A stretch of 64,000 nt of DNA. It comes from Sphingomonadaceae bacterium. GTDB lineage: Bacteria > Pseudomonadota > Alphaproteobacteria > Sphingomonadales > Sphingomonadaceae. How positions within the stretch are numbered: the first letter of the stretch is position 1; each line of letters opens with the position of its first letter. Shown here in pieces: positions 21,046 to 31,195 of this stretch. The stretch is from contig JAJUHA010000010.1 in the NCBI GenBank assembly GCA_029268145.1, positions 2,055-66,054 on the forward strand, given 5' to 3'. Under the pieces are notes generated by a model. The model saw nothing but the letters and a program-made list of their open reading frames with translations. It ran no database searches and was not told the DNA's origin. A program made the position numbers and the translations under genes.

Positions 21046-23235
21046 ATGCGGCGGTTGCTGGGGGCGATGGCGGGGATGCTGATGGCGGCGGGAGCGGACG
21101 CGGCGGAGCTGCCGATCGAGCGGGTCTTCGCCAGCCCGGCGCTGTCCGGCTCGGTGCCGCGGGCGCTCACCCTTTCGCCCGACGGGCAGCACATCGCCTA
21201 TCTGAAGCCGCGGGCAGACGATGCGCTGCGCACCGACCTCTGGGTCGAGCCGGTAGGCGGCGGGGCCGCGCGGATGGCGGCCGACAGCCTTGCCATGGGC
21301 GGCGGCGCGCTGACCGAGGCCGAGCTGCAGCGGCGCGAGCGGGCGCGGATCGCGAGTGCGCGCGGGATCGTCGAATATCGGTGGACGGCCGACGGGCGCG
21401 GCTTCCTGGTGCCGGTGGATGGCGACCTGTGGCTGCAGCCGCTCGACGGGCCGGCGCGGCGGCTGACGCAGTCGGCCGAGAGCGAGGTGGATGCGAAGCT
21501 TTCGCCCGACGGCCGGTTCGTCTCGTTCGTGCGCGGCGCCAACCTCTGGCTGTTCGACCTCGCGGCGGGGGCGGAGCGGCCGGTCACCACCGAGGGCGGC
21601 GGTGCGCTGAGCTATGGCCAGGCCGAGTTCGTGGCGCAGGAGGAAATGAAGCGGATGACGGGGCAGTGGTGGTCCCCGGATTCGCGCCGGATCGCCCTCA
21701 CCCGGGTGGACGAGAGCGGCGTGCGCGTGGCCGTGCGCGCGGCGATCGGCTCGGACGGGACGCGGGTGACCGAGCAGCGCTACCCCTTCGCCGGCACGCC
21801 CAATGCCGTGGTCGCCCTCGAGATCCGCGCGGTCGACGGCGGTGCGCCGGTGGCCGTCGATCTCGGCCCCGACACCGACATCTATCTCGCCCGCGTCGAC
21901 TGGCTGGCGGCCGACCGGCTGGTGGTGCAGCGGCAGAGCCGCGACCAGAAGCGCCTCGACCTGCTCGAGGTGGACGCAGCGACCGGCCGGTCGCGGCTGC
22001 TGTTCGCCGAGACCTCCGGAACCTGGGTCAATCTCCATGACAATCTGAAGCCGCTGGCCGATGGCCGGCGCTTCCTGTGGACCAGCGAGCGCAGCGGCGT
22101 GTCGCAGCTGATGCTGTGGGACGGCGCGCGGCTGCGCGCGCTGACCGGGCGGGACGTGCTGGTCGACGAGGTGGTCGCGCTCGACGAGGCGGCCGGCCTC
22201 GTCTTCTTCACCGGCGTCGTCGGAACGCCGCTCGAGCGGGGGCTCTATCGGGCCCGACTCGACGGGCGCGGCGCGCCGGTCAGGCTGACCGAAGGTGGCG
22301 GCTGGGCCGAGGCGGTGATGGACGCGAAGGGCGAGGTGGCGCTGGTGACCTGGTCATCGCCGGCGCAGCCGCCGCAGGTCAGCCTCGTCTCGCGCGAGGG
22401 GGAGCGGATCCGCTTCGTGATCGAGAACCGGCTGGAGGAGACGCCCTATGCGCCCTTCGCGGCCGGGCATGTGCTGCCCCGCTTCGGGACGCTGACGGCA
22501 GCCGACGGGCAGGCGCTGCACTGGATGATGCTGGTGCCGCCGGGGCTTGCCGAAGGCGCGCGGGCGCCGGTTGTCTTCGAGGTCTATGGCGGGCCGGGCG
22601 TGCAGCGGGTGCGCAGGGCCTGGGGAAGCCTGGTGCACCAGCATCTGGTGCGCCGCGGCCATGTGGTGTTCGTGCTCGACAACCGGGGGAGCGCCAATCG
22701 CGGCGTGCGGTTCGAGGCCCCGCTTCATCGCGCGCTCGGAACCGTCGAGGTGGAGGACCAGCTGAAGGCGCTCGACTTCGTGAAGTCGCAGCCCTTCGTC
22801 GACCCGGAGCGGGTGGCCCTCTACGGCTGGTCCTACGGGGGCTACATGGTGCTGCGCCTGCTGACCAGGGCGCCCGAGGCCTTCGCCGCCGGCGTGGCCG
22901 GCGCGCCCGTCACCGACTGGCGGCTCTACGACACCCACTATACCGAGCGCTATCTCGGCAACCCGGCCGAGGACGATGCGCCCTATGCCGCCGCCGACGT
23001 GACGGTCGATGCCGGAAGGCTCGCGCGGCCGCTGCTCCTCATCCACGGGCTCGCCGACGACAATGTCGTCTTCGACCACAGCGCGAAGATGATGGCGGCG
23101 CTGCAGATGGCGGGCCGGCCGTTCGAGACCATGGTCTATCCCGGCCAGGCCCACGGCATCCGCGAGCCGGCCCTTGCCGTCCACATGTGGCGGACGATCC
23201 TCGCCTTCCTCGACCGGTCGGTCGGCGCGCCGTGA
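21046..23235 (+). CDS. S9 family serine peptidase, dipeptidyl-peptidase IV-like (beta-propeller plus alpha/beta hydrolase)
   Basis: 729 aa from ATG 21046. Signal peptide MRRLLGAMAGMLMAAGADA; nucleophile motif YGWSYGGYM; C-terminal D and H regions (HGLADDNV, GQAHG). Confidence 0.9.
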   Translation: MRRLLGAMAGMLMAAGADAAELPIERVFASPALSGSVPRALTLSPDGQHIAYLKPRADDALRTDLWVEPVGGGAARMAADSLAMGGGALTEAELQRRERARIASARGIVEYRWTADGRGFLVPVDGDLWLQPLDGPARRLTQSAESEVDAKLSPDGRFVSFVRGANLWLFDLAAGAERPVTTEGGGALSYGQAEFVAQEEMKRMTGQWWSPDSRRIALTRVDESGVRVAVRAAIGSDGTRVTEQRYPFAGTPNAVVALEIRAVDGGAPVAVDLGPDTDIYLARVDWLAADRLVVQRQSRDQKRLDLLEVDAATGRSRLLFAETSGTWVNLHDNLKPLADGRRFLWTSERSGVSQLMLWDGARLRALTGRDVLVDEVVALDEAAGLVFFTGVVGTPLERGLYRARLDGRGAPVRLTEGGGWAEAVMDAKGEVALVTWSSPAQPPQVSLVSREGERIRFVIENRLEETPYAPFAAGHVLPRFGTLTAADGQALHWMMLVPPGLAEGARAPVVFEVYGGPGVQRVRRAWGSLVHQHLVRRGHVVFVLDNRGSANRGVRFEAPLHRALGTVEVEDQLKALDFVKSQPFVDPERVALYGWSYGGYMVLRLLTRAPEAFAAGVAGAPVTDWRLYDTHYTERYLGNPAEDDAPYAAADVTVDAGRLARPLLLIHGLADDNVVFDHSAKMMAALQMAGRPFETMVYPGQAHGIREPALAVHMWRTILAFLDRSVGAP

Positions 23236-23315
23236 CGCGGGCGGGCCTTGCGTCCGTCGCGATTCGGGCCACATGAAGGGGCGAGAGGCGGTGCCCGGCG
23301 CAGGGGAGTGAAGGA

Positions 23316-24503
23316 ATGGCAACGACGACCACGGCACCCGGGACCCTGACGCTGGAAGCGCCTGCCCCCGTGCAGGCGGTCGCCCCCGAGAAGGCGGCCG
23401 GCCTCGTCCCGCTCTCGGAGGCCGAGCGGTCGAAGCTCGAGGAGAAGGTCGACGCCTTCATCGCCGACCTCGTCGCGCAGGATGCCAACAGCCCCGAGTT
23501 CGGCAAGCGCGTGGATGCGCTCGCCGGGCTGGGCCGGGCGCAGATCGCCGAGGCGGCGAGCCAGTCGAACCGGTTCCTGGACCGGCCGGTCCGGGCGATG
23601 GACCGGGAGACGGGGATCGGCGCCGACCTGACCGAGCTCAGGCGCACCGTCGAGGACCTCGACCCCTCGAAGCGGGGTTTGCTCCTCGCGCCGCGCAAGC
23701 TGTTCGGGATCATCCCGATGGGGAGCAGGGCGCGGGCCTATTTCGACAGCTACAAGTCGGCCCAGAGCCACATCGCGACCATCCTCGACCGGCTGGCCGG
23801 CGGCAAGGACGAGCTGCTGCGGGACAATGCCGCCATCGATGTGGAGCGGCGCAAGCTGTGGGAGGCGATGGGCAAGCTCGAGCAGATGATCCATGTGTCG
23901 AAGACGCTGGATGCGCGGCTCGAGGCCAAGGCGATCGAGCTCGAGGCGACCGATCCGGACAAGGCCCGGGCGATCAGGGAGACGGCGCTCTTCTACACCC
24001 GCCAGCGCACCACCGACCTTCTGACCCAGATGGCCGTCTCGGTGCAGGGCTATCTCGCGCTCGACCTCGTCAAGAAGAACAACCAGGAGCTGGTGAAGGG
24101 CGTGGACCGCGCCTCGACGACGACGGTTGCGGCGCTGCGCACCGCCGTCACCGTCGCCCAGGCGCTCACCAACCAGAAGCTGGTGCTGGACCAGATCACG
24201 GCGCTCAACACCACGACCGCGAGCGTCATCGACGCGACCGGCACGATGCTGCGCACCCAGACGGGGGAGATCCACAAGCAGGCCGCAGCCTCCACCATTC
24301 CGCTCGAGACGCTGAAGCAGGCCTTCGCCAACATCTATGCGACGATGGATTCGATCGACCAGTTCAAGACCCAGGCGCTCAGCTCGATGAAGCAGACGGT
24401 GGACGCACTGACCGACGAGGTCGAGAAGTCGCGCGGCTACATCGCCCGCGCCGAGGGCGCAGCCCAGGGCGCCGAGTCGCCCTTCGAGCCGCTGAAGGGC
24501 TGA
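23316..24503 (+). CDS. toxic anion resistance protein (TelA family)
   Basis: 395 aa, all-helical. TelA-like segments (FGKRVDALAGLG, RFLDRPVRAM, DNAAIDVERRKLWE). Confidence 0.8.
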   Translation: MATTTTAPGTLTLEAPAPVQAVAPEKAAGLVPLSEAERSKLEEKVDAFIADLVAQDANSPEFGKRVDALAGLGRAQIAEAASQSNRFLDRPVRAMDRETGIGADLTELRRTVEDLDPSKRGLLLAPRKLFGIIPMGSRARAYFDSYKSAQSHIATILDRLAGGKDELLRDNAAIDVERRKLWEAMGKLEQMIHVSKTLDARLEAKAIELEATDPDKARAIRETALFYTRQRTTDLLTQMAVSVQGYLALDLVKKNNQELVKGVDRASTTTVAALRTAVTVAQALTNQKLVLDQITALNTTTASVIDATGTMLRTQTGEIHKQAAASTIPLETLKQAFANIYATMDSIDQFKTQALSSMKQTVDALTDEVEKSRGYIARAEGAAQGAESPFEPLKG

Positions 24504-24504
24504 G

Positions 24505-25242
24505 ATGCCCGGCCGGCCCCCTGCCACCGTCCGCGAGTCGCAGCAGGCGCTCCTCAAGGCGGAACTCCTGCTCGAGCGGGTGCGCGCGCGTTCGGAATCG
24601 CGCGAGGCCCGCCGCCTGCGCCGGCGGCGGACGCTGCGCCGCATCGTCAACCGGCTCCTCTGGGTGGTGGGGAGCTGGGTCGCCATCGTCATCGGCGCCT
24701 TCGCCTTCTCGGGCCTGGTCATGCCGCTCGGCTTCTGGGGCCTTCTCCTCGTGCCCCTCCTGATGCTGTTCGCTGCCCTCGTCGTCGCCCGCCTGCCGGC
24801 GGGAGGCGGCAGCCCCGTGAGGCCGCGCTTCGAGGGCGTTGCCGTCGGCGAGATCGCGCCCCGGCTCGACCAGTGGCTCGACAGCAAGCGGCCGCTCCTG
24901 CCGGCGCCGGCGCGCAGCGAAGTGGACCGGATCCTCCACCAGCTCGACACGCTCACCCCCGAGATGGCGAAGCTGCCCGCCGGAAGCCCCGAGGCGGCAG
25001 AGGCGCGGCGGCTGATGGCCGATCACCTGCCCCGCCTCGTCGAGACCTGGGAGGCCGTGCCGGAGGGCGTGCGCACCCGCGACCCCGAAGCCGCCGAGCA
25101 TCTGCGCGAGGGGCTGCGGCTCGTCGGTGGCGAGCTCGAGCGCCTCAACCGGAGGCTTGCCGAGCAGCGGCTCGAGGCGCTCGAAGTGGAGGGCCGCTTC
25201 CTCGAGAACCGCTACGCCGGCCCGCCGCGGCCCGAAGCCTGA
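24505..25242 (+). CDS. membrane protein co-transcribed with telA-like gene (function unknown)
   Basis: 245 aa; ATG lies 1 nt after the TelA stop. Basic N-terminus, then 2-3 TM segments (LLWVVGSWVAIVIGAFAFSGLVMPLGFWGLLLVPLLMLFAALVV), then a helical cytoplasmic tail. Confidence 0.6.
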   Translation: MPGRPPATVRESQQALLKAELLLERVRARSESREARRLRRRRTLRRIVNRLLWVVGSWVAIVIGAFAFSGLVMPLGFWGLLLVPLLMLFAALVVARLPAGGGSPVRPRFEGVAVGEIAPRLDQWLDSKRPLLPAPARSEVDRILHQLDTLTPEMAKLPAGSPEAAEARRLMADHLPRLVETWEAVPEGVRTRDPEAAEHLREGLRLVGGELERLNRRLAEQRLEALEVEGRFLENRYAGPPRPEA

Positions 25243-25273
25243 CACCCCGAGACCTCCGCCGGAGACCATCCCG

Positions 25274-28144
25274 ATGATCCGCCCCGCCCTGCCTGCCAGG
25301 CCCTTTGCTGCATTCCTTGCTGCGCTCCTTGCCGCGCCCCTTGCTGCACTTCTCGCCTTCGAACCCGTCGCCGCCGCGCAGGCACGATCGCCCGCCGCAG
25401 CGCCGGAACCGGCGCCGCTCGCCGAGCTTGTCGGCCGCGTCGCCATCCCCCATGAGCAGTTCACCCTGCCGAACGGGCTGCGCGTCATCGTCCACACCGA
25501 CCGCAAGACGCCGATGGTGGCGGTCTCGGTCTGGTATGGGGTGGGCTCGGCCGACGAGCCCAGGGGCAAGACGGGTTTTGCCCATCTGTTCGAGCATCTC
25601 ATGTTCAACGGCTCGGGCGGCTATGACGGGGAGTTCTTCGAGCCACTCGAGGATGTCGGCGCGACCGACTTCAACGGCACGACCTGGTACGACCGGACCA
25701 ACTATTTCCAGAATGTCCCGACCGGCGCGCTCGATCTCGCGCTCTTCCTCGAGGCCGACCGGATGGGCAATCTCCTGCCCGCGGTGACCACGGCCAAGCT
25801 CGACAACCAGCGGGGTGTCGTCCAGAACGAGAAGCGGCAGGGCGACAACCAGCCCTATGGCCTGACCTTCTACGCGCTCGGCGAGGGCCTGTTCCCGCCC
25901 GGCCACCCCTATCGCCATTCGACCATCGGCGCGATGGCCGATCTCGACGCCGCCAGCCTCGACGATGTCCGCAGCTGGTTCCGCCAGCACTATGGCCCGA
26001 ACAACGCGGTGCTCGTGCTTGCCGGCGACATCGACATCGCAACCGCCAGGGAGAAGGTGACCCGCTGGTTCGGCGCAATCCCGCGGGGCCCGGAACCCGT
26101 GCGGCCGTCGGCGCCGCTCCCGGCGCCCTCCGCAGGGCGGGACGTGATCCGGGACGCCGTTCCCAACGCGCGGCTCACCTTCGCCTGGGCGGTGCCGGGC
26201 CTTCTCGACCCGGTCTCGACCGATCTCTCGATCGCTGCCGCAGTGCTCGCCGGCGGACAATCCTCCCGCCTCTACAACGACCTGGTGCGGGATCGGCAGC
26301 TCGCCGTCGGCGTCTCGGGCGTCGTGCTCCCGTTCCGCCTCGCCTCCATCCTGCTCATCAGCGTTGACGTGAAGCCGGGGGTGGACCCGGCGGCTGTCGA
26401 GGCGCGGGTGGACGAGCTTCTCGCCGCCTTCCGGGCGGAGGGGCCGACGCGGGATGAAGTGCAGCGGGTGGCAACGGTCGCCGTCGGCAGCCGGATCCGC
26501 GGGCTGGAAGAGATCGGCGGCTTCGGCGGGAAGGCCGTCGCGCTGGCCGAAGGCGCGCTCTACGCCGACAATCCGGATTTCTACCGCAAGCGCCTCGCCC
26601 AGCTGGCGCAGGCAACGCCGGAGCGGGTGCGGGCGGCGAGCCGGGCGCACATGGCCTCGGCCGGCTTTCGCCTGGCGACGCTTCCCGGCGCGCGCGGCGC
26701 GCGCGAGCTGGCACTGGTGGGGGAATCCGGGGTTCCGCCAGCCAAGGCGGATGCCGCGCGGGCGAGCAATGCCAAGCCGGACCGGTCGAAGCTTCCGCCG
26801 GTCGAGCGGGCGGAGGGGCTGGCGTTCCCCGCGATCGAGCGGGCGCGGCTGTCGAACGGCATCCCGGTGCTGTTCGCCCGGCGTGCCGCGGTTCCCGTCA
26901 TCGAGGTGATGGCAAGTTTCGACGCCGGCATCGCCGCGGACCGGCCCGACCGGCCCGGGACCAACGGGCTGATGCTCGCCCTCCTGCGCGAGGGCACCAC
27001 CACGCGCAGCGGCCGGCAGATCGTCGAGGAGCAGGAGCGCCTCGGCGCCCTGCTCGGGGTGTCAGCCGGCCTCGACCGGACGCGCGTGACCCTGTCGGCG
27101 CTCGGACCCAATCTCGCGCCTTCGCTCGCCCTGATGGCGGACGTGATCAGGAACCCGGCCTTCCAGCCGACCGAAGTGGAACGGCTGCGGGCGATCCGGC
27201 TGGCCGCGCTTGCCCAGGAGGAGGCCAGCCCCGCGTCGCTGGCGAGCCGGGAACTGGCGCCGCGGATCTTCGGAGCAGGGCACCCCTATGCCTTTCCCGC
27301 CTCGGCCCTGGGGACGGCCGAGGGCCTGAAGGCCGCCACGCGCGACGACGTGGTGGACGCCCATGCCCGCTGGATCCGGCCCGAGAATCTGGTGCTGGTC
27401 GCCGTGGGGGACACGACCCTCGATACAATCCTGCCCCAGCTCGAGCGCGCCTTCGGGGACTGGCAGCCCCCGGCAGTGGCCCGCGGCACGAAGCGGGCGG
27501 CCACGGCCGTCGCGCCATCCGCCCCGCGCATCCTCCTCATTGATCGGCCCGATTCCCCGCAGTCCTTCATCGCCGCCGGCCACCCGCTGGCCGTGACCGG
27601 GCGCGACGACCGGATCGATCTTGCGCTCGCGAACGAGACGCTCGGCGGGAGCTTCACCTCGCGGCTCAACATGGATCTCCGGGAAGCGAAGGGCTGGTCC
27701 TACGGGGTGCGGTCCATCGCGGCCCCAGCGGTCGGGCAGATGGCGTTCCGCATCCTCGCGCCGGTCCAGCGGGATCGGACCGGCGATGCCATGGCGGCCC
27801 TCATGGCCAACGTGCGCGCCTTCTCCGGGCCGGAACCGGTGAGCGAGGCGGATCTGGGGCGGGCGATCAACTCGAACATCTATGCGCTCCCCGGCGAGTT
27901 CGAGACCTCGGCCGCCGTGCTCGGCGCGATCGAGACCAACCATGTCCTCGGCCGCCCGGATGACTATCATGCGCGGCTTCCGGCCCGCTTCCGGGGGCTG
28001 GACCAGCAGCAGGTCACCCGCGCGGCAGCGACGCTCCTCGATCCCGACCGGCTCCAGTGGGTGGTCGTCGGCGACGCCGGCAAGGTCGAGCCGCAGCTGC
28101 GTGCCCTCGGGCTTCCGGTGGAGGTGCGCAGGAACCGCCCCTGA
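25274..28144 (+). CDS. M16 family zinc metallopeptidase (two fused pitrilysin-like halves), secreted
   Basis: 956 aa from ATG 25274. Signal peptide; inverted zinc motif HLFEHLMFNG; a second, non-catalytic M16 half. Confidence 0.9.
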   Translation: MIRPALPARPFAAFLAALLAAPLAALLAFEPVAAAQARSPAAAPEPAPLAELVGRVAIPHEQFTLPNGLRVIVHTDRKTPMVAVSVWYGVGSADEPRGKTGFAHLFEHLMFNGSGGYDGEFFEPLEDVGATDFNGTTWYDRTNYFQNVPTGALDLALFLEADRMGNLLPAVTTAKLDNQRGVVQNEKRQGDNQPYGLTFYALGEGLFPPGHPYRHSTIGAMADLDAASLDDVRSWFRQHYGPNNAVLVLAGDIDIATAREKVTRWFGAIPRGPEPVRPSAPLPAPSAGRDVIRDAVPNARLTFAWAVPGLLDPVSTDLSIAAAVLAGGQSSRLYNDLVRDRQLAVGVSGVVLPFRLASILLISVDVKPGVDPAAVEARVDELLAAFRAEGPTRDEVQRVATVAVGSRIRGLEEIGGFGGKAVALAEGALYADNPDFYRKRLAQLAQATPERVRAASRAHMASAGFRLATLPGARGARELALVGESGVPPAKADAARASNAKPDRSKLPPVERAEGLAFPAIERARLSNGIPVLFARRAAVPVIEVMASFDAGIAADRPDRPGTNGLMLALLREGTTTRSGRQIVEEQERLGALLGVSAGLDRTRVTLSALGPNLAPSLALMADVIRNPAFQPTEVERLRAIRLAALAQEEASPASLASRELAPRIFGAGHPYAFPASALGTAEGLKAATRDDVVDAHARWIRPENLVLVAVGDTTLDTILPQLERAFGDWQPPAVARGTKRAATAVAPSAPRILLIDRPDSPQSFIAAGHPLAVTGRDDRIDLALANETLGGSFTSRLNMDLREAKGWSYGVRSIAAPAVGQMAFRILAPVQRDRTGDAMAALMANVRAFSGPEPVSEADLGRAINSNIYALPGEFETSAAVLGAIETNHVLGRPDDYHARLPARFRGLDQQQVTRAAATLLDPDRLQWVVVGDAGKVEPQLRALGLPVEVRRNRP

Positions 28145-28249
28145 TGGCGGCGGACCGGCCGGCGCCGCCAGCCGGCACCGCGCGTGACGCCGGTGCGGTC
28201 GGCTTGGGAGGAATCGCCGCGCGGCGCAGGACGGTGCCCGCCTGAAGGG

Positions 28250-28846
28250 TCATTCCGCTGCGAGCGGCGCCTCGCTCCGCAGGTAGATGCTGCGCCTGGG
28301 AAACTCGAACATCCGCATCACCATCGGTGCGAAGAAGTCGAGCGGGGCGGTGTCATAGGCCGGATCGAAGGCCGTCTGGTCATATTTCTCGCAGAATTCG
28401 GCGCAGGCCTCGAAATGGGGGTGGCCCCGGAACTGCTCGCGCATGTCGCGGTCGAGCCCGAGGTGCTCGAAGAAAAAATAGCCCTGGAAGATTCCATGCT
28501 TCTCGCAGATCCAGTGGAGCTCCTCGGAAACGAAGGGCTTGAGGATGGCAGCGGCAATGTCGGGGTGATTGTAGGCCCCCAGCGTGTCACCGATGTCGTG
28601 CAGCAGCGCCATCACCACATAATCCTCGGGGCGGCCGTCGCGGTGGGCGCGGGTTGCGGTCTGGAGGCAGTGGGTGAGCCGGTCGACGGGAAATCCGCCA
28701 TGATCGTCCTTGAGCAGCAGCAGGTGATCGAGCACGCGCTTGCCGCCTTGCCTGTTGAAGGGAATGGCATGGGAGGCGATGATCGCCCAATCTTCTGCGG
28801 TTCCCTCGGTCATGGCGCGAAACCGGGCACGGCTGTCCTGGTCCAT
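28250..28846 (-). CDS. HD-domain protein (PhnZ/MIOX-like mixed-valent diiron oxygenase family candidate)
   Basis: 198 aa from ATG 28846, preceded by AGGAGGGA. HD motif ALLHDIGD and additional His ligand contexts (LTHCLQTA, HPDIAA, CEKHG). Confidence 0.7.
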   Translation of the reverse strand: MDQDSRARFRAMTEGTAEDWAIIASHAIPFNRQGGKRVLDHLLLLKDDHGGFPVDRLTHCLQTATRAHRDGRPEDYVVMALLHDIGDTLGAYNHPDIAAAILKPFVSEELHWICEKHGIFQGYFFFEHLGLDRDMREQFRGHPHFEACAEFCEKYDQTAFDPAYDTAPLDFFAPMVMRMFEFPRRSIYLRSEAPLAAE

Positions 28847-28993
28847 CGGATCCCTCCTTTGCGGATCCAGTCTAGACCTGGCCGGCATGACGCGCCAGAC
28901 CATTCCAGACGGGCCGGGAAGGATTGCGCGGAGCTGCCGGCGCTGGGCGCTCGTCCGGGCAGAGGTCGCGCGGCTTCCGGAGCACGCCCGGGG

Positions 28994-29962
28994 ATGAGGG
29001 GGCCGCAACGAGCCCGTCTCGAGGCGAGACGGATCCGTGCCCTGGCGCTGGTGGCGCTGGCCATCGGGGCGGCAGGGTGCGAGGCGGGCCAGGCTGTGCC
29101 CATCGGGGAGGGGCGCAGCCTCTACTTCTCCTGCTCGGGGGTCGGATCGCCTACCGTAGTCCTCGAGGCGGGCTGGGCTGCCGACCATGTGGCCTGGGCT
29201 GGGGTTCAGCCCGAGCTCGCCGCGGTCACGCGGACCTGCAGCTACGACCGCGCCGGAACGGGGCGGAGTCCGCCGGGGCCGCTTCCCCGCACTCCGGCTG
29301 CCGTTGCGACCGACCTGCTCCGCGCCCTCGACTCGCAAGGGATTGCCGGGAACCTCGTCCTGGTCGGCCACTCGATCGGTGCCATCCATGCGCGCCAGGT
29401 GGAGCTGCAGGCGCCCGCTCGGGTCGTCGGCCTGGTCCTCGTGGATCCCACCGTCGAGGCGATGGCCGGGCCGGGGCTTTCCGCCTTCATCGCCAGTGCC
29501 GAGGCGTGCCTCGCCGCGGTCTCGGAGAACCGGCCCCTCCCGGCCGAGGGGCCGCTTGCGCGCTGCCGGGTCCGACCCACCGAGCAGCCGGTGCCGACCT
29601 GGACCCATCGGGTCTCCGAGCTTCGGGATCTGTTCCCGGCAGGGCCCGCCCGCAGCAGCGCCGACGCGATACGGCCGGCGCCCGCCATCGTGCTGAGTGC
29701 GGGGCAGGGCGCGGATTCCCCGGCCGGGCAATGGCGGATCCTCGCGCATCAGGCGCTTGCTCGGCGCTTTGCCGGGGGCCGGCACGAGATCGTGCCGGAA
29801 AGCGGACACATGATGATGCGGGATGCTCCCGAGGCCATCGTCAGGGCTACGGCAGAACTTGTGCTGGCGGCACGGGCAAGGGGCGGCGGAAACGCACCCG
29901 GGAAGGCAATGGGGCGGGAGGATGTCCCCGTGCGCGGAAAAGGAAAGGGCCCGGCGGATTGA
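28994..29962 (+). CDS. alpha/beta hydrolase, probable lipoprotein
   Basis: 322 aa from ATG 28994. Lipobox-like LAIGAAGC; nucleophile elbow LVGHSIGA; C-terminal His context (ESGHMMM). Confidence 0.75.
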   Translation: MRGPQRARLEARRIRALALVALAIGAAGCEAGQAVPIGEGRSLYFSCSGVGSPTVVLEAGWAADHVAWAGVQPELAAVTRTCSYDRAGTGRSPPGPLPRTPAAVATDLLRALDSQGIAGNLVLVGHSIGAIHARQVELQAPARVVGLVLVDPTVEAMAGPGLSAFIASAEACLAAVSENRPLPAEGPLARCRVRPTEQPVPTWTHRVSELRDLFPAGPARSSADAIRPAPAIVLSAGQGADSPAGQWRILAHQALARRFAGGRHEIVPESGHMMMRDAPEAIVRATAELVLAARARGGGNAPGKAMGREDVPVRGKGKGPAD

Positions 29963-30022
29963 CCGCCGGGCCCGAACCCTTCCACCCTGGACACCGCCTG
30001 GGCGATGTCCGGTGGGCGCCTG

Positions 30023-31195
30023 CTACATGCGCCCGCCGAAGGTGATCTCCACGCGCCGGTTCTGCGGCTCGCGGATATTGTCCATGGTCTCGACGAGAAG
30101 ACGCTCCTCGCCGAAGGCCTGGGTCGTCATCTGGCTTTCCGGAATGCCCTTGCCGGCCATGTAGGCCTTTACGGCATCCGCCCGACGCTGGGACAGGCCC
30201 ATGTTGTAGGACGCCGAACCCGAGGTGTCGGTGTGGCCCGCAAGCACGACCGAGGACTGGCCGGTCTGCATGTAGGCTTCCGCCGCCCGATCGAGGATGG
30301 CAGCCGCTTCCGGCGTGATGTCGTACCGGTCCCAGTCGAAGAAGACCAGGAACGGCCCGGGCGTCACCGCCGGGGGCGGCGGCGGGGGCGGAGGCGGCGG
30401 GGGCGGCGGGGGCGGCGGCGGGGGCGGCGGGGGCGGCGGCGGCTCGAACAGGTTGAAGGTGATCCCGGCGAGCAGGCTGTGGCTGCGGAACTTGCCCGCG
30501 AGATCGAGCCCGTTGGCGGTCTGCAGATCGACCGAATTGACGTTGAAGTAGCGATACTTCAGCCCGAGGTCGACCTTGTCGCTCAGCGCATAGCGGATGC
30601 CCGCGAGGCCCTGCCAGGCAAAGCCGGTGTCGCTGTCGTCGGCGAACGCGGTCCCGAACTTGGCCAGCTGCCAGATATGGGCCTGGGTGCGGGCGATGCC
30701 GGCACCGCCGCCGACGAAGGCGCCGAAGCGGCTTTCGTCGTTCCCGCCGAAATCGAGCAGGAAGTTCATCATGAACGAGAGGACGCGGGCGTTGCCGTCG
30801 GCGCTGTCATACGCCCCGGCGACGGGGGCACCCGTCACGCCGCAGCCCGGACCTCGCCCGGCGAGACCGCAACCCCCGCCGGGAATCGCGGGGATCGCGC
30901 CATTCACCGTGATGGCGTCGAGGTTGGCGTCCTTGTAGGCCACTTCGAACTCGGCACGAAGACCGCCGAAGTCATAGCCCATGACACCGCCGACGTCGTA
31001 GCCGACCTCATACTTGTTGCGCAGCGCATTCTCCGTCGTCCGCGGAGTCGCGCCGGTCGTGGTCAGATCGAAGCTCTCGGCCTGGGCGATCATGCCACCG
31101 CCCTCGAGACCAATATACCAGGACTTGTCCCGAGCCTGCGCAGCACCCGCCAGCGCAGTCGACGCGAGCGCCACGCCAATGGCGAACCTCTTCAT
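30023..31195 (-). CDS. OmpA family outer-membrane protein (beta-barrel, poly-Pro hinge, OmpA_C peptidoglycan-binding domain)
   Basis: 390 aa from ATG 31195 (MKRFAIGVALASTALAGAAQA). The barrel has alternating aromatic strands and ends in LFE, followed by a run of about 24 Pro. The C-terminal domain has OmpA_C-like segments GHTDTSGSASYN, LSQRRADAV and NRRVEI. Confidence 0.9.
   Translation of the reverse strand: MKRFAIGVALASTALAGAAQARDKSWYIGLEGGGMIAQAESFDLTTTGATPRTTENALRNKYEVGYDVGGVMGYDFGGLRAEFEVAYKDANLDAITVNGAIPAIPGGGCGLAGRGPGCGVTGAPVAGAYDSADGNARVLSFMMNFLLDFGGNDESRFGAFVGGGAGIARTQAHIWQLAKFGTAFADDSDTGFAWQGLAGIRYALSDKVDLGLKYRYFNVNSVDLQTANGLDLAGKFRSHSLLAGITFNLFEPPPPPPPPPPPPPPPPPPPPPPPPAVTPGPFLVFFDWDRYDITPEAAAILDRAAEAYMQTGQSSVVLAGHTDTSGSASYNMGLSQRRADAVKAYMAGKGIPESQMTTQAFGEERLLVETMDNIREPQNRRVEITFGGRM
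30371..30442 (-). repeat. about 72-nt homopolymeric proline-codon tract (CCN)n inside ompA
   Basis: The plus strand reads (GGN)n, cgggggcggcggcggggg... It encodes the uninterrupted poly-Pro hinge. Confidence 0.9.

Noticed and set aside
30361-30443. Short GGCGG/GGGGC tandem repeats that could be mistaken for a repeat array, and the poly-Gly plus-strand ORF 30297-30551
   Set aside because: This is the reverse complement of the poly-Pro hinge inside ompA. There is no spacer-repeat organisation, so it is not a CRISPR array and not a separate gene.
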